Origin: a virus
Taxonomy: Duplodnaviria > Caudoviricetes
Virus record (IMG/VR): IMGVR_UViG_3300049924_000080
Coordinates: 1-24,218 of that record
Reading direction: 5' to 3' (one strand)
DNA: 24,218 nt
Shown here in pieces: positions 8,110 to 16,908 of this stretch. The position numbers and the translations under genes were made by a program. Position 1 is the stretch's first letter, and every line of letters begins with the position of its first letter. The notes beneath the pieces were generated by a model that saw nothing but the letters and a program-made list of their open reading frames with translations, was not told where the DNA came from and searched no databases.

Positions 8110-11100
8110 TTACTCTCCGATCAGCTTACGCTGTCTTGCAGCTTCTTCTTCGGCAGGTTTCTTTGCGGCTTCGAGGGCTTTATCAGCCGCTTCGAGTTCT
8201 TTATACCTCGGCCACTCTTCAACCGGCCCTGTCCAAGTCTCAAGGTCGCTGATAAGCTCCTCCCATTTTGCCTGCCGCACGGCGAGTTCTTTTTGCGCGG
8301 GCAGCTTGTAAGAGTTATCCTGATCGACGGCCTTGGCCTCAACCTTCCCTTTCATCACAGTGATTTCATCCTTGAGGCGCTGGCCTCGCTGAATGATTTC
8401 TTCGGGCACCCCGAGCCTACTCCCGCGTGGACCAGTCCGCATAAGGTTTTCAACGTTCTTCAGTTCAAGCTCTTTCGATTTGATCCGGAGGTCGGCCTCA
8501 TGCTGAACCAGATCATCTTCAGAGGGGGTGAACACATGACGCAGGGGTTTATTGTTCGGCCCTCTAATCATATTCAGCGCCCCGTTTTCCCTCTGAATAA
8601 ATATCTGATACGAGGGGCGCTTCGATGTAGCGACTTCTTTCGCTGTCGTCACGTCCGAGTTAACAAACACTCGTTCGGTCTCGGTCAGCCCCAACTCCCC
8701 GCGGATTTGCTTCGTCATCCAGGAGAAGTCTCCAGCCAGCGCCGGTGAGTAGAGCTCGGGTGGGTATTTCATCAGCGAGTCGACTCCGTCGATCTGTGTC
8801 TTTTTCCACACTCGAGAGTATTGTTTATTCGCCATCTGGAGGGCGGCCTCTTGGTTTCCACCAGTCCGGCTCATCGCATCGGTGAACAGGGCTTTCCATT
8901 CTGTCTCAGCTTGGTTTAAGGTAGGCGTCAGCGGAGCGCCTCCAACGTCATCAAACTGATCGGCGAATTTAACCCCATTAACATTAGTAGGCTTGAGAAG
9001 CTCTTCGGCCTGCTGCCGATAAAACTCCCTTGCGTTGCGCTGCTCGGTGGTAGGGGCATCGGCCAACATCTCAAACAGCTGCTTATCCGGCATGGTGCCT
9101 ACGAGAGCCTCGTAGAGGTCGGCTTTCTGCCGCACGGCGGGAGTGACCTGTAGACCATAGACCGTGGGATTGAGTTCCTCAAGCGCGTTCAGCGTCTGCA
9201 GGGCAAACGTCACATTGCGCCCATCCGTGCTGCGGGCTAGAGTACTGAGTGTCCCAACTGCCTCTGGCGGGATGGCGCCAGTCTTTTGCACGAGGGGCAT
9301 CAGGCCCTGTTGCACATAGTTCTGATCCCGCTTATTAATCGCGTCGGTGCCTTCGGGTCCATACAGCGCATTGAGGTATTTGTTATCCTCCGAGTTCGAA
9401 ATGTCGAAGAGGTTCCCTGTAGCTAACCGCTCAACGGCTTTCTTTTTCGTAAGGCCTTCTTTGTCTCGATCTTCAATAATGCCTACGGCTTTCTTTCGCT
9501 CCTCGAACGAGTTGAGCAAGCCGGTTTTCATGGCCTCATCAATGTCAGCAAGGTCGGCTTTGCCATCATAGAGGTTATTGTAGAGACTGTCGACGGTCGC
9601 TTTACGCGCCGCCTCAGCTTGCTCTTTCTGCGCAGTCATAAGTCGCGTGACTTCGCCCTCGACCGAGTTACGGATCGATGTCCGATCCTCGAAAGGGACA
9701 TTAATAAAGCGAGGGTCTTCATCGATGTTATCGGGCAGGCTGAACTTACCCTGCGCCGCCAGCGTTCCGTTCGCAACGTGCTGTCCGAAATCGACAGGGG
9801 AGCCATCAGGCAAGCCCCGACTCTTTCCCGCCCGATGCTTGATCCCAGCGGCAAACGCCCAAGCCGGGACACTGTCCGCGTGGTGAGTAGGCCCCCACAT
9901 GACTGGCGCGCCATTACGCATATCGAGGTGAATGTTATTTGCATAAACCCCAATGCCGGTAAAGCCCATGGCTGAGGCTTCTTGAATGATCCGCAGGCGC
10001 TCTTTGTGGGAGAGGTGGCCAGTCTCAATATCGATAGCTTTGTGTTTCATGTGGGCACTGTCTTTAGCCCCACCCGCTTTCGCATTCTGCTCAGGATCAC
10101 GATAGCCGGATTTGACTAGAAGCTGAACGCCGAGCTTTCCCTGCAGCCGCTCGAAGGCATCTACGACCTCAGGGTTAAGGTCTTTAATGTTTCCTTCACT
10201 TGCTTTGATCGCGAGCCGAGGAGCGTTTGAAGTGTCTGCACCGAGCACAGCTTCAGCCTTAGCCGCATGAGCGCTCATCTGATTTGTGACTTTGTCAGCC
10301 ACGCTTCCAGGCGTTCCGCCGTTCGCCGCATCCGAAGCATTATTATAACCAGGCGCTCCGGCATTGATCGTCGAATACAAGTCCATCATGGACATGCCGG
10401 GCTTAAACCCTCGGTCGGTCAAGTACTGATCGACAGCGACTAGTTGTTCAGTTACCGTCATACCAGGTCGAATGTTGTATTTTTTCTGCTCAGCTGGCCC
10501 GAATTGAATAAGGCCAAGATATGCTCCGTTAGCCCCGCCTTTCTGATCGACGGAGAAAGTGCCGCCAGTCTCGAATGAAAACACTGTCAGAAAGTCCTTC
10601 GCCGGAAGGCGGTATTTTTCCGAAAGCCGCTGCGTACCTTGGACTAGCTCGCCCATGTAGGTAGTAGCTTTAATCTTATTCCGCTTCAATGTCTCGGAGT
10701 AACCTTGCTTCTCAAGCAACGCAGCGCTTTTCTGCCGCATGGTGAATTTCTCAGTTTCGCTGAAAGCTGAGGAATTAATCGCCTCATCGACCTGAGCTTT
10801 CTTGGCCTCAAGCGAGTCGGGATCAACCGCGATCGTGTCACGGGCCTCATCCAGCATTGTGCCGATGGCGCTCTCTTGGTAGAGCTGGATGTGCTTCCGC
10901 TGAGTATCCTTAGCGGTGTTCTCAATCGCAGTATCGGGCTCGCCCAGCCGCATCGTGAACTCATCACGGAGCTTCTCAGGAACGCTCTCGAGGAACTTCG
11001 TGCGACGCTCTTGGTAGTCAGTCTTGATCCGATCAGCGACTGTCTCATCGTCGGGTGTGGATGAGTCGGCGATTGTCTGAGCCGAGGCCTGAGCCTCTTT

Positions 11101-11568
11101 AAGAAACGACGAGAAGCCGCCTACGGTTTTGAACCGCTCGGAGTTTTCCCCTTGCTTCTGCACTGTATCAGCGACATCGCCCCGAACTCGAACCCGAGTC
11201 TCCGCTACGGAAACCTTAAACCGTTCCTGGAGTTCGGGGGGAAGCCCCGCGATAAACTCGTTCTCGAAATTCATATGCTCCGAGGCGATGCGGTCTTTGA
11301 CTGTGGGATCGTCTGGCGACGAGTCCTGCATGATCTTCTTCGCGCGCTCAGTCGCCTGCGCGTTGAACTCCACATAAGCGGCGTTCGCTTTGTAGACACT
11401 GCTTTGCTCGGACTCGCTCTGCTTCTTCCGCGCGTTCGCCGCGAAAGACTCTCCGAGGGCATTAGCCCCCTGAACAAGGCCGGAAAAGTCTGGAGTAGCG
11501 GGCCGGAGGTAAGCCGCCGAAGCCCTAGAGCGACCTACGGTGCCGGTAGTGGGGGCTGGAACACGCAT
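8110..11568 (-). CDS. Internal virion / ejection protein (gp15 positional analogue) with lysozyme-like and M15 peptidase domains, 1152 aa
   Basis: Helical protein containing FETGG...YLGLIQF (lysozyme/transglycosylase-like catalytic Glu and GLxQ motif) and SGYR...N...GGA..SAH...AIDI...GIGVY...IHLDMR (M15 Zn peptidase). Confidence 0.8.
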   Translation of the reverse strand: MRVPAPTTGTVGRSRASAAYLRPATPDFSGLVQGANALGESFAANARKKQSESEQSSVYKANAAYVEFNAQATERAKKIMQDSSPDDPTVKDRIASEHMNFENEFIAGLPPELQERFKVSVAETRVRVRGDVADTVQKQGENSERFKTVGGFSSFLKEAQASAQTIADSSTPDDETVADRIKTDYQERRTKFLESVPEKLRDEFTMRLGEPDTAIENTAKDTQRKHIQLYQESAIGTMLDEARDTIAVDPDSLEAKKAQVDEAINSSAFSETEKFTMRQKSAALLEKQGYSETLKRNKIKATTYMGELVQGTQRLSEKYRLPAKDFLTVFSFETGGTFSVDQKGGANGAYLGLIQFGPAEQKKYNIRPGMTVTEQLVAVDQYLTDRGFKPGMSMMDLYSTINAGAPGYNNASDAANGGTPGSVADKVTNQMSAHAAKAEAVLGADTSNAPRLAIKASEGNIKDLNPEVVDAFERLQGKLGVQLLVKSGYRDPEQNAKAGGAKDSAHMKHKAIDIETGHLSHKERLRIIQEASAMGFTGIGVYANNIHLDMRNGAPVMWGPTHHADSVPAWAFAAGIKHRAGKSRGLPDGSPVDFGQHVANGTLAAQGKFSLPDNIDEDPRFINVPFEDRTSIRNSVEGEVTRLMTAQKEQAEAARKATVDSLYNNLYDGKADLADIDEAMKTGLLNSFEERKKAVGIIEDRDKEGLTKKKAVERLATGNLFDISNSEDNKYLNALYGPEGTDAINKRDQNYVQQGLMPLVQKTGAIPPEAVGTLSTLARSTDGRNVTFALQTLNALEELNPTVYGLQVTPAVRQKADLYEALVGTMPDKQLFEMLADAPTTEQRNAREFYRQQAEELLKPTNVNGVKFADQFDDVGGAPLTPTLNQAETEWKALFTDAMSRTGGNQEAALQMANKQYSRVWKKTQIDGVDSLMKYPPELYSPALAGDFSWMTKQIRGELGLTETERVFVNSDVTTAKEVATSKRPSYQIFIQRENGALNMIRGPNNKPLRHVFTPSEDDLVQHEADLRIKSKELELKNVENLMRTGPRGSRLGVPEEIIQRGQRLKDEITVMKGKVEAKAVDQDNSYKLPAQKELAVRQAKWEELISDLETWTGPVEEWPRYKELEAADKALEAAKKPAEEEAARQRKLIGE

Positions 11569-12200
11569 CAGTGAGCAATCCTACGGCGCATGAGGTTAAA
11601 CGAAGGATAGGTGAAGCCCATCGGAGAGATAGGTCGAGGTTTTACCAGCGCGGACTTAGCCGCAACCGGCGCCAACGAGGGCTTAAACGGCTGGGGTTTA
11701 AGGACGGGCCTGGGAATACTCGAAGGGTATTTGGATTGAGCAGGCGAAGCCTGAGCGCCACCAGCCATCGAGGAGAAGCTACTCGCCGCGCCAAGCACCC
11801 CGCCGATCAAAGAGGAAATCCCACTGATATTAGCAGCCTTCTTTTCAGCTTTGAAGTTCGCCGCCTCAACCAGATGGCCATACCGTTCCATTTGGCCGTC
11901 CTCAATGATGTTCTGTGAGTCCCTTCGGCCCAGCAGCCGTGCCGAGTTTCTCGTAGCGATTTGACTCTTACCCGCGAGGCTGACACCGGAAGCCGCCTGT
12001 GCCACCTCTTGCTCACCCAGCATGGCGCGAGTCTCAAAGTAATCCTTCTCCTGCGCATCGATGCCGGCTCGAGTACGGGCTCGCTCGGCGTTATAGATCG
12101 CAGTCTTTTCATTCATGCTGGCGACCTTAGCCTGGTACTGAGCCTGCATGAAGCCCGTGACGCCCTGTACGACTGAACCTAGTGCTGCAGCTGCGGCCAT
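11568..12200 (-). CDS. Internal virion protein (T7 gp14-like ejection protein), 210 aa
   Basis: Ala/Gly-rich N-terminus, Q..AQAASGV...G.S motif, glycine-rich hydrophobic helix (GISSLIGGVLGAA); SD GAGG; synteny. Confidence 0.75.
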   Translation of the reverse strand: MAAAAALGSVVQGVTGFMQAQYQAKVASMNEKTAIYNAERARTRAGIDAQEKDYFETRAMLGEQEVAQAASGVSLAGKSQIATRNSARLLGRRDSQNIIEDGQMERYGHLVEAANFKAEKKAANISGISSLIGGVLGAASSFSSMAGGAQASPAQSKYPSSIPRPVLKPQPFKPSLAPVAAKSALVKPRPISPMGFTYPSFNLMRRRIAH

Positions 12201-12634
12201 GATGCCCTCAATTGATAGAGTGTGAAGCCGTTTCCGGCTGAGTCAGTGTTGTGAAGGATTTTCTCAAATCCGAAGAAGGTGACGAAACGATGGCCGATCC
12301 AGAACCCGTCCTCGACACGAACGCAAAGGCGGCCCCACAAGCGAGCAAGCCGCCGTAAAGCTCTGCGGATGAACGGCACAGCTTTGCGAATGTTCTTCGA
12401 GAAAGCCTCACAAAGGAAGAAAATAATCTCTCCACCGAACCCAAGGATCGTGTAGCGTCGGAGGCCCACCACACAGATTGGCTCATCGTCGATGGAGAGA
12501 GTCCACACACCTCGCAAGTTTTGATAGAACTCTCTGCGGAGTGGACGCATTGCCCGCCACTCTGCCTTCGAGTGCGGCCCGAAAGTTGCGGCAGTCTTCG
12601 GGGAAACCAGTTCACTGCGTTTAATTCGGATCAT
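12179..12634 (-). CDS. GNAT-like / T7 gp13-like virion assembly protein, 151 aa (start revised to ATG at 12634)
   Basis: GGAG SD precedes ATG at 12634, which overlaps the nozzle gene end. Pattern IDDEPICVVG...FF.....RFVTFFGF fits the acetyltransferase-fold gene typically found between nozzle and ejection genes. Confidence 0.65.
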   Translation of the reverse strand: MIRIKRSELVSPKTAATFGPHSKAEWRAMRPLRREFYQNLRGVWTLSIDDEPICVVGLRRYTILGFGGEIIFFLCEAFSKNIRKAVPFIRRALRRLARLWGRLCVRVEDGFWIGHRFVTFFGFEKILHNTDSAGNGFTLYQLRASWPQLQH

Positions 12635-15452
12635 CGCCAATCTCCGACTCGAGTACCCAGCCCAAAATAGTAACAGGCAGTGGTTCTTCCTGAACGCAGT
12701 AAGCAGTGCTGTCAATATCCCAAAAAGGCTCAACAGCTAAAATGTGAGTTCCGTTTTTAACTTTATTCGCCTCGCCAAAAGTCTCATACGCCCGAGGTTT
12801 AATCGGGTAGAGCGCATCGAGTGAAGACCCTGCTTTTAATCCACGTGAGTTCCGCAGGCGAATTGCCATATGATTGATATTCTTAACTTTGTTCTCGATG
12901 ACATTCTGCGGAACTGCCATCGGCACATTGCGAGCGGTTGCGGTGTAGGGCAAACCCACTGTAATGCGTGAAGCGGCTTGCTCGAGTGTGACACTGCCGC
13001 CGCTCACCACAAGATCAGTGATAACATTCCCGTCAGCCAGCGCCGAGACTGTTTTTCCTTCAAGATGATACAAACCTGTAAGTGTCGTTACTTCTGCGTC
13101 TAGCGTCCACTCTCCGACTTCGGCCACACGAGGCATAACAGGATCACTAAATGGAATAGACTGATCGAAATCATCGATTACAGTGATGGTTAGAACCGTC
13201 GTGCTGGTGTAGCCAGTGACACGGGCTTTCCCTTGACCGTACCGAATGATTTTATCCACGTCTGCGACAGTAAATTCAGCTGAGGAACTAGTCGCCGTCA
13301 CTCCCGAACCAGTTAAAGCCGAGAGCGTGAGCGTGCCTACCCCATAATGCATTGGAAGACTTAATGCCGCATCAAGGAAAACAGACTCATCGACACGATC
13401 GAAGACGCGAGGGGCAATTTTCTCAATATACTTCACATACCTGCCGTTAATAAAGCGCTTGGCGATCACATAAACGCCAGTCATTTCCGTTTCTTCCAAA
13501 ACCGCTACATCAAGGAACTGGCCTTGGGTAACACGGCGAGTCCAGGCGTAGATTTCCTGCTCCTTAATCATAGTGAGAAGAAGCATTGTACCGTCAGCGC
13601 GAACAGCGTGGATCAAACGATGAGGCTCACTGGCATAAGCCCAGCGAGTGATCGCATAATGCTCGAAAAGATGCGAGGAAAGCATAGAAATATCTGTTGG
13701 CGAGTAAAGTTTATATTGATCAGCGTAAGCCAGTGCGTTTACTCGGGTGCCCGCCCCGTTACAGTAGAGAATATCGGTGTCGATCTTGAGCGGCTCCGTG
13801 TCGGAAACACCAGTGTAGGTTTGTGGCTCTGCCTGAACGTCAGTAGCTGTGATAGCTCCGCCGTTTGAGCCCGACATAAGCCAAATGCCAGCCTTACTCA
13901 TCAGCAAAAGGCCACCGCGAGTTGGGATAATGTGGCGAATTGAGGACACGTCCTCACTGTCGATCTCATGCTCAAAGCTATCACTCGCAATCAGTACCCG
14001 CGAAACATCAAAATTTGACAACTGGCCTGGGCGAGAACCGTACACTGTAAGGGGGGAATTTTCTGGCGCAGCATAAATCTGCCGCTGCTGATAAACGCCA
14101 GCGAGGGCAGGGTTGTTACCCGTCAGTGAACGAATGGTTGCTGTGAGAACTGCACTTGAACCGGTTGAGGTGACGATTGTGAAAACAGGCGTAACGTAGT
14201 CCTTGCCCCCGTTCAAAATTATAACACCGACTATTGGACCAGTGGCTGCGGAAGAGTGTGCTGTGACAGGATAGCCAACGAAACCGCTGCCACCCCCAGC
14301 ATCGGAAACTGTGATGGTGTCGTTACGAGAATAGGCCGAACCGCCGTTAGTCACTGTTACGAAGGTTATAGCGCCGTCAGCAAACGGATTGTTTCCCTGC
14401 GGGACGGTCTTGGCAAAATCAGGAACGATACCGGTATCAAGAAAGTAAGCGCCAGAGGCCTGACCGATGTAACCAACCTGCATCGAACGAGAGAGCGTCT
14501 GGTAGGTGTTGATTAACGTAATACGAGTACGGTAAACGTTGTATGAAACCGCATCAGTTACCGGTGTCCATCGAATACTCGTTGAAGCTGCTTCATTGTT
14601 TTCAACGTCTTCTGAGCCTGTAACGAATTGATAATCCGAAGGGAGGCTTTCCGTGCCGTCTTTTTTAACTGCTGTTATGACATAGGCCATTCCGTAGTTG
14701 CCTGGATAATTAACAGTAGCTGCCGCAATAACCGGAGCATCAATACCTCGGTCGTAAGTTTCTTCAGTGAAAGTCCAATCTGCTTGATCAAAACGGCGGA
14801 GGTTATACGTTGGGTAGTCTGCGTGCGTAAGGCGAATAACGTCACGAATTTGGTGAGCGCGGAGCTTTTCCAGATCAGCTGTAGAATAGATGGAATCGAG
14901 AGTATAGACACGCGCCACGGCTCCACCAGAGGTGTAGGCGGTATGCGCGGTTCCGTTAATGTTAGTGCCGTAAAGGTCCTGAAGGGAAAATGTATTCGCC
15001 CCGAGCACGGTGATCTTGAATGTACGATTTGAAAGCTGGTCGACCGACGCCACATCGGGGAGTTGAACAACGTCTCCAGTAGTATACCCGTGGGCAACCG
15101 CCGTTACCACTACAGGGTTAGCTGCCGTGATCCCAGTAATCGTCTTGTTCGCCTCAAGCACATAGCTTCCGCCCTGCAGAAAGCGAATATACCCCTCGCC
15201 GAAGAGGATCAAATTCGTATTCGCTTCATCGCTGGAAAACTTAAATGTGAAGAGTTTTACTTCTTCATCATCATGCTCGATCGGCTCATTGAAGATCGTC
15301 CCAGGACAATTGGATAAGCCACCCAGATAATCGACCTGCCAATTCTCCGCCGTCGATAGGGCCAGATCGAATTTTTCCAGATCGCTTCGTCCGGTGTAGG
15401 CGTCTGAAACCTCACCGCCCACAAAGGCAAATTTGATAAAATCAAAACTCAT
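12621..15452 (-). CDS. Tail tubular protein B / nozzle (T7 gp12, Bbp13-like), 943 aa
   Basis: N-terminal FVGGEVS...GRSDL...GGL...PGT; internal YQQR..A, S..G...NF, EQEIYAW and VGLPY; C-terminal QEEPLPVTIL. These are hallmark podovirus nozzle motifs. Confidence 0.9.
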   Translation of the reverse strand: MSFDFIKFAFVGGEVSDAYTGRSDLEKFDLALSTAENWQVDYLGGLSNCPGTIFNEPIEHDDEEVKLFTFKFSSDEANTNLILFGEGYIRFLQGGSYVLEANKTITGITAANPVVVTAVAHGYTTGDVVQLPDVASVDQLSNRTFKITVLGANTFSLQDLYGTNINGTAHTAYTSGGAVARVYTLDSIYSTADLEKLRAHQIRDVIRLTHADYPTYNLRRFDQADWTFTEETYDRGIDAPVIAAATVNYPGNYGMAYVITAVKKDGTESLPSDYQFVTGSEDVENNEAASTSIRWTPVTDAVSYNVYRTRITLINTYQTLSRSMQVGYIGQASGAYFLDTGIVPDFAKTVPQGNNPFADGAITFVTVTNGGSAYSRNDTITVSDAGGGSGFVGYPVTAHSSAATGPIVGVIILNGGKDYVTPVFTIVTSTGSSAVLTATIRSLTGNNPALAGVYQQRQIYAAPENSPLTVYGSRPGQLSNFDVSRVLIASDSFEHEIDSEDVSSIRHIIPTRGGLLLMSKAGIWLMSGSNGGAITATDVQAEPQTYTGVSDTEPLKIDTDILYCNGAGTRVNALAYADQYKLYSPTDISMLSSHLFEHYAITRWAYASEPHRLIHAVRADGTMLLLTMIKEQEIYAWTRRVTQGQFLDVAVLEETEMTGVYVIAKRFINGRYVKYIEKIAPRVFDRVDESVFLDAALSLPMHYGVGTLTLSALTGSGVTATSSSAEFTVADVDKIIRYGQGKARVTGYTSTTVLTITVIDDFDQSIPFSDPVMPRVAEVGEWTLDAEVTTLTGLYHLEGKTVSALADGNVITDLVVSGGSVTLEQAASRITVGLPYTATARNVPMAVPQNVIENKVKNINHMAIRLRNSRGLKAGSSLDALYPIKPRAYETFGEANKVKNGTHILAVEPFWDIDSTAYCVQEEPLPVTILGWVLESEIGDDPN

Positions 15453-16120
15453 AGAGCGAGTCCAGCAGAGAAGATTGGGCCGACCTGATGAATATAGCCA
15501 GACACCGCAGGGACCGAAACAACGCCCCTTGCTGCGAGCCAGTCTGGAATATGATCAAAGGTTACTTGATTACGGTTGGCCACGCGGGCCTGTGCTTTCA
15601 GCAAGACATCGTTTGCGTTAGCAATCGCCTGCGCTGCGCGAGAAGCCTTCCCATGCAGGGGCATAGCGATATGTCCGGCCAGCCCCTGAACCGTGGCATA
15701 CCACAGGTCAGCGTCCCAAGCCGCAACCACGGTCTGCTTTTTCGTATAGTGTAAAATCACAACCTCGCTCATAGCGAGTAGCTTCGGCACACCCCCGACT
15801 TGAGTCATTCGGAAATTCTCAAAAGTCGAAAGATGGCGAGGGTAAAGAAAATCATTCGGGACATTGAAGCGGTAAAGCCAAGGTGGCTCAGGCGCACCCT
15901 CTTCCCACGCATCAGTGGTCCGTTCGGCCTCGATGGTGAGTTGATTGACTGCCGCAGCAGAGTCCCAATGAGCGGCGCACAGGATTTGATCCCTCACCGT
16001 GGGATACCAGAGGTTACAGACTTCGGCTTCTCTCGAAACCTCACTCGGAGAGACAACACGAGAACGAGTCCCTACGGCATTCAAAGCCAGGTTATACAAC
16101 GTGGTTTGATCTTGGGCCAT
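15449..16120 (-). CDS. Tail tubular protein A / head-tail adaptor (T7 gp11, Bbp14-like), 223 aa
   Basis: N.AL..VG, EAEVCNLWY..VRD..L..AHW and W.YRF..P.D.L motifs; synteny. Confidence 0.87.
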   Translation of the reverse strand: MAQDQTTLYNLALNAVGTRSRVVSPSEVSREAEVCNLWYPTVRDQILCAAHWDSAAAVNQLTIEAERTTDAWEEGAPEPPWLYRFNVPNDFLYPRHLSTFENFRMTQVGGVPKLLAMSEVVILHYTKKQTVVAAWDADLWYATVQGLAGHIAMPLHGKASRAAQAIANANDVLLKAQARVANRNQVTFDHIPDWLAARGVVSVPAVSGYIHQVGPIFSAGLAL

Positions 16121-16133
16121 AGGGACTCGATCC

Positions 16134-16409
16134 TTAGTTTTTCGTCTTCATTGCTTCGACGAAGTTGGTAGACTTAGCATTACTGATCTCACTCAGTGCC
16201 ATCGGCTTCTCTGCCGGAGCGTTGGGGGAAGGATCAGATTGCTCTGCTGGCTCAGCCGAACGAGGGAGCGTGAAAACTCCTTGGTTCGGCTTAGTCTTTT
16301 CGTTGTAGAAAACAACCTTAAGGCCGTTGATTTCATCGGGAAGCTCATGCACCCCAATCGGCCAGAAGGTTGTCCCATCGTAGAAGGAAGATTTGAGGCG
16401 TACAAGCAT
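16134..16409 (-). CDS. Hypothetical protein, 91 aa (head-region small protein)
   Basis: SD GGGAG; exactly fills the gap between cement and adaptor genes. Confidence 0.7.
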   Translation of the reverse strand: MLVRLKSSFYDGTTFWPIGVHELPDEINGLKVVFYNEKTKPNQGVFTLPRSAEPAEQSDPSPNAPAEKPMALSEISNAKSTNFVEAMKTKN

Positions 16410-16420
16410 TATCGACTCCC

Positions 16421-16891
16421 TTAGTTGCTGGCGTCAGCCAAAGCAACCCACTTCGACGGATCGCGTGTGAGGAAAGCGTTAACTTTACCTGCACTGGTGA
16501 GGTTGCCTGCTACCGTAACCAAGATGCCGAGGAACTCTTCGTAAGTGTCCATAGGCAAGGCGACGATAGCGATGGTGGCTCCGGCAACGTTGAGGCCCGC
16601 AGGGGAAACGGCAGTCACAACTGTCTTCGCATAGTGCGATGTGCAGTTTGCAACTACACCTGCGCCGAGCGTAGCAAGCGAGTCCGACACCAAAGTGTAG
16701 GTGATTGTGCCTGCACCAGCTGCGACGATAGAAGTGTCGCAGGTAATAACAAGGAACATATCCTCGCCTGTACCGATGTCGGAAGTCAATGGGGTTGCCC
16801 CCAAATCAATCACGTCCCCCAGTACAGCAGTGCTGACTGCCAACGCAACACTCGTGGCGTCAGCAAACTCAAGCAGTTCATCCATAATCAT
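16421..16891 (-). CDS. Capsid cement/decoration protein (Bbp16-like jelly roll), 156 aa
   Basis: MIMD..LEF.D...DVIDLG...DIGTGE.....V and TSAGKVNAFL motifs; immediately after the major capsid gene as in BPP-1. Confidence 0.85.
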   Translation of the reverse strand: MIMDELLEFADATSVALAVSTAVLGDVIDLGATPLTSDIGTGEDMFLVITCDTSIVAAGAGTITYTLVSDSLATLGAGVVANCTSHYAKTVVTAVSPAGLNVAGATIAIVALPMDTYEEFLGILVTVAGNLTSAGKVNAFLTRDPSKWVALADASN

Positions 16892-16908
16892 TTGAAAGTT
16901 CCTTTCGA

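Noticed and set aside
12635-12733. N-terminal extensions given by the ORF track (also 22178-22210 for terL, 22752-22769 for terS, 18812-18847 for the Bbp19-like gene)
   Set aside because: They overlap upstream genes or promoter elements; downstream ATGs have better SD or promoter context.
14910-15145. Ubiquitin-system (E1) function suggested by the FCCH-like domain
   Set aside because: This beta-barrel is a common structural insert in phage tail proteins; no adenylation domain or E2/Ubl genes are present.
15695-15723. Third TGTGGTAT octamer
   Set aside because: It lies inside the adaptor gene (Leu-Trp-Tyr codons) and has no TTG at the 17-nt spacing.
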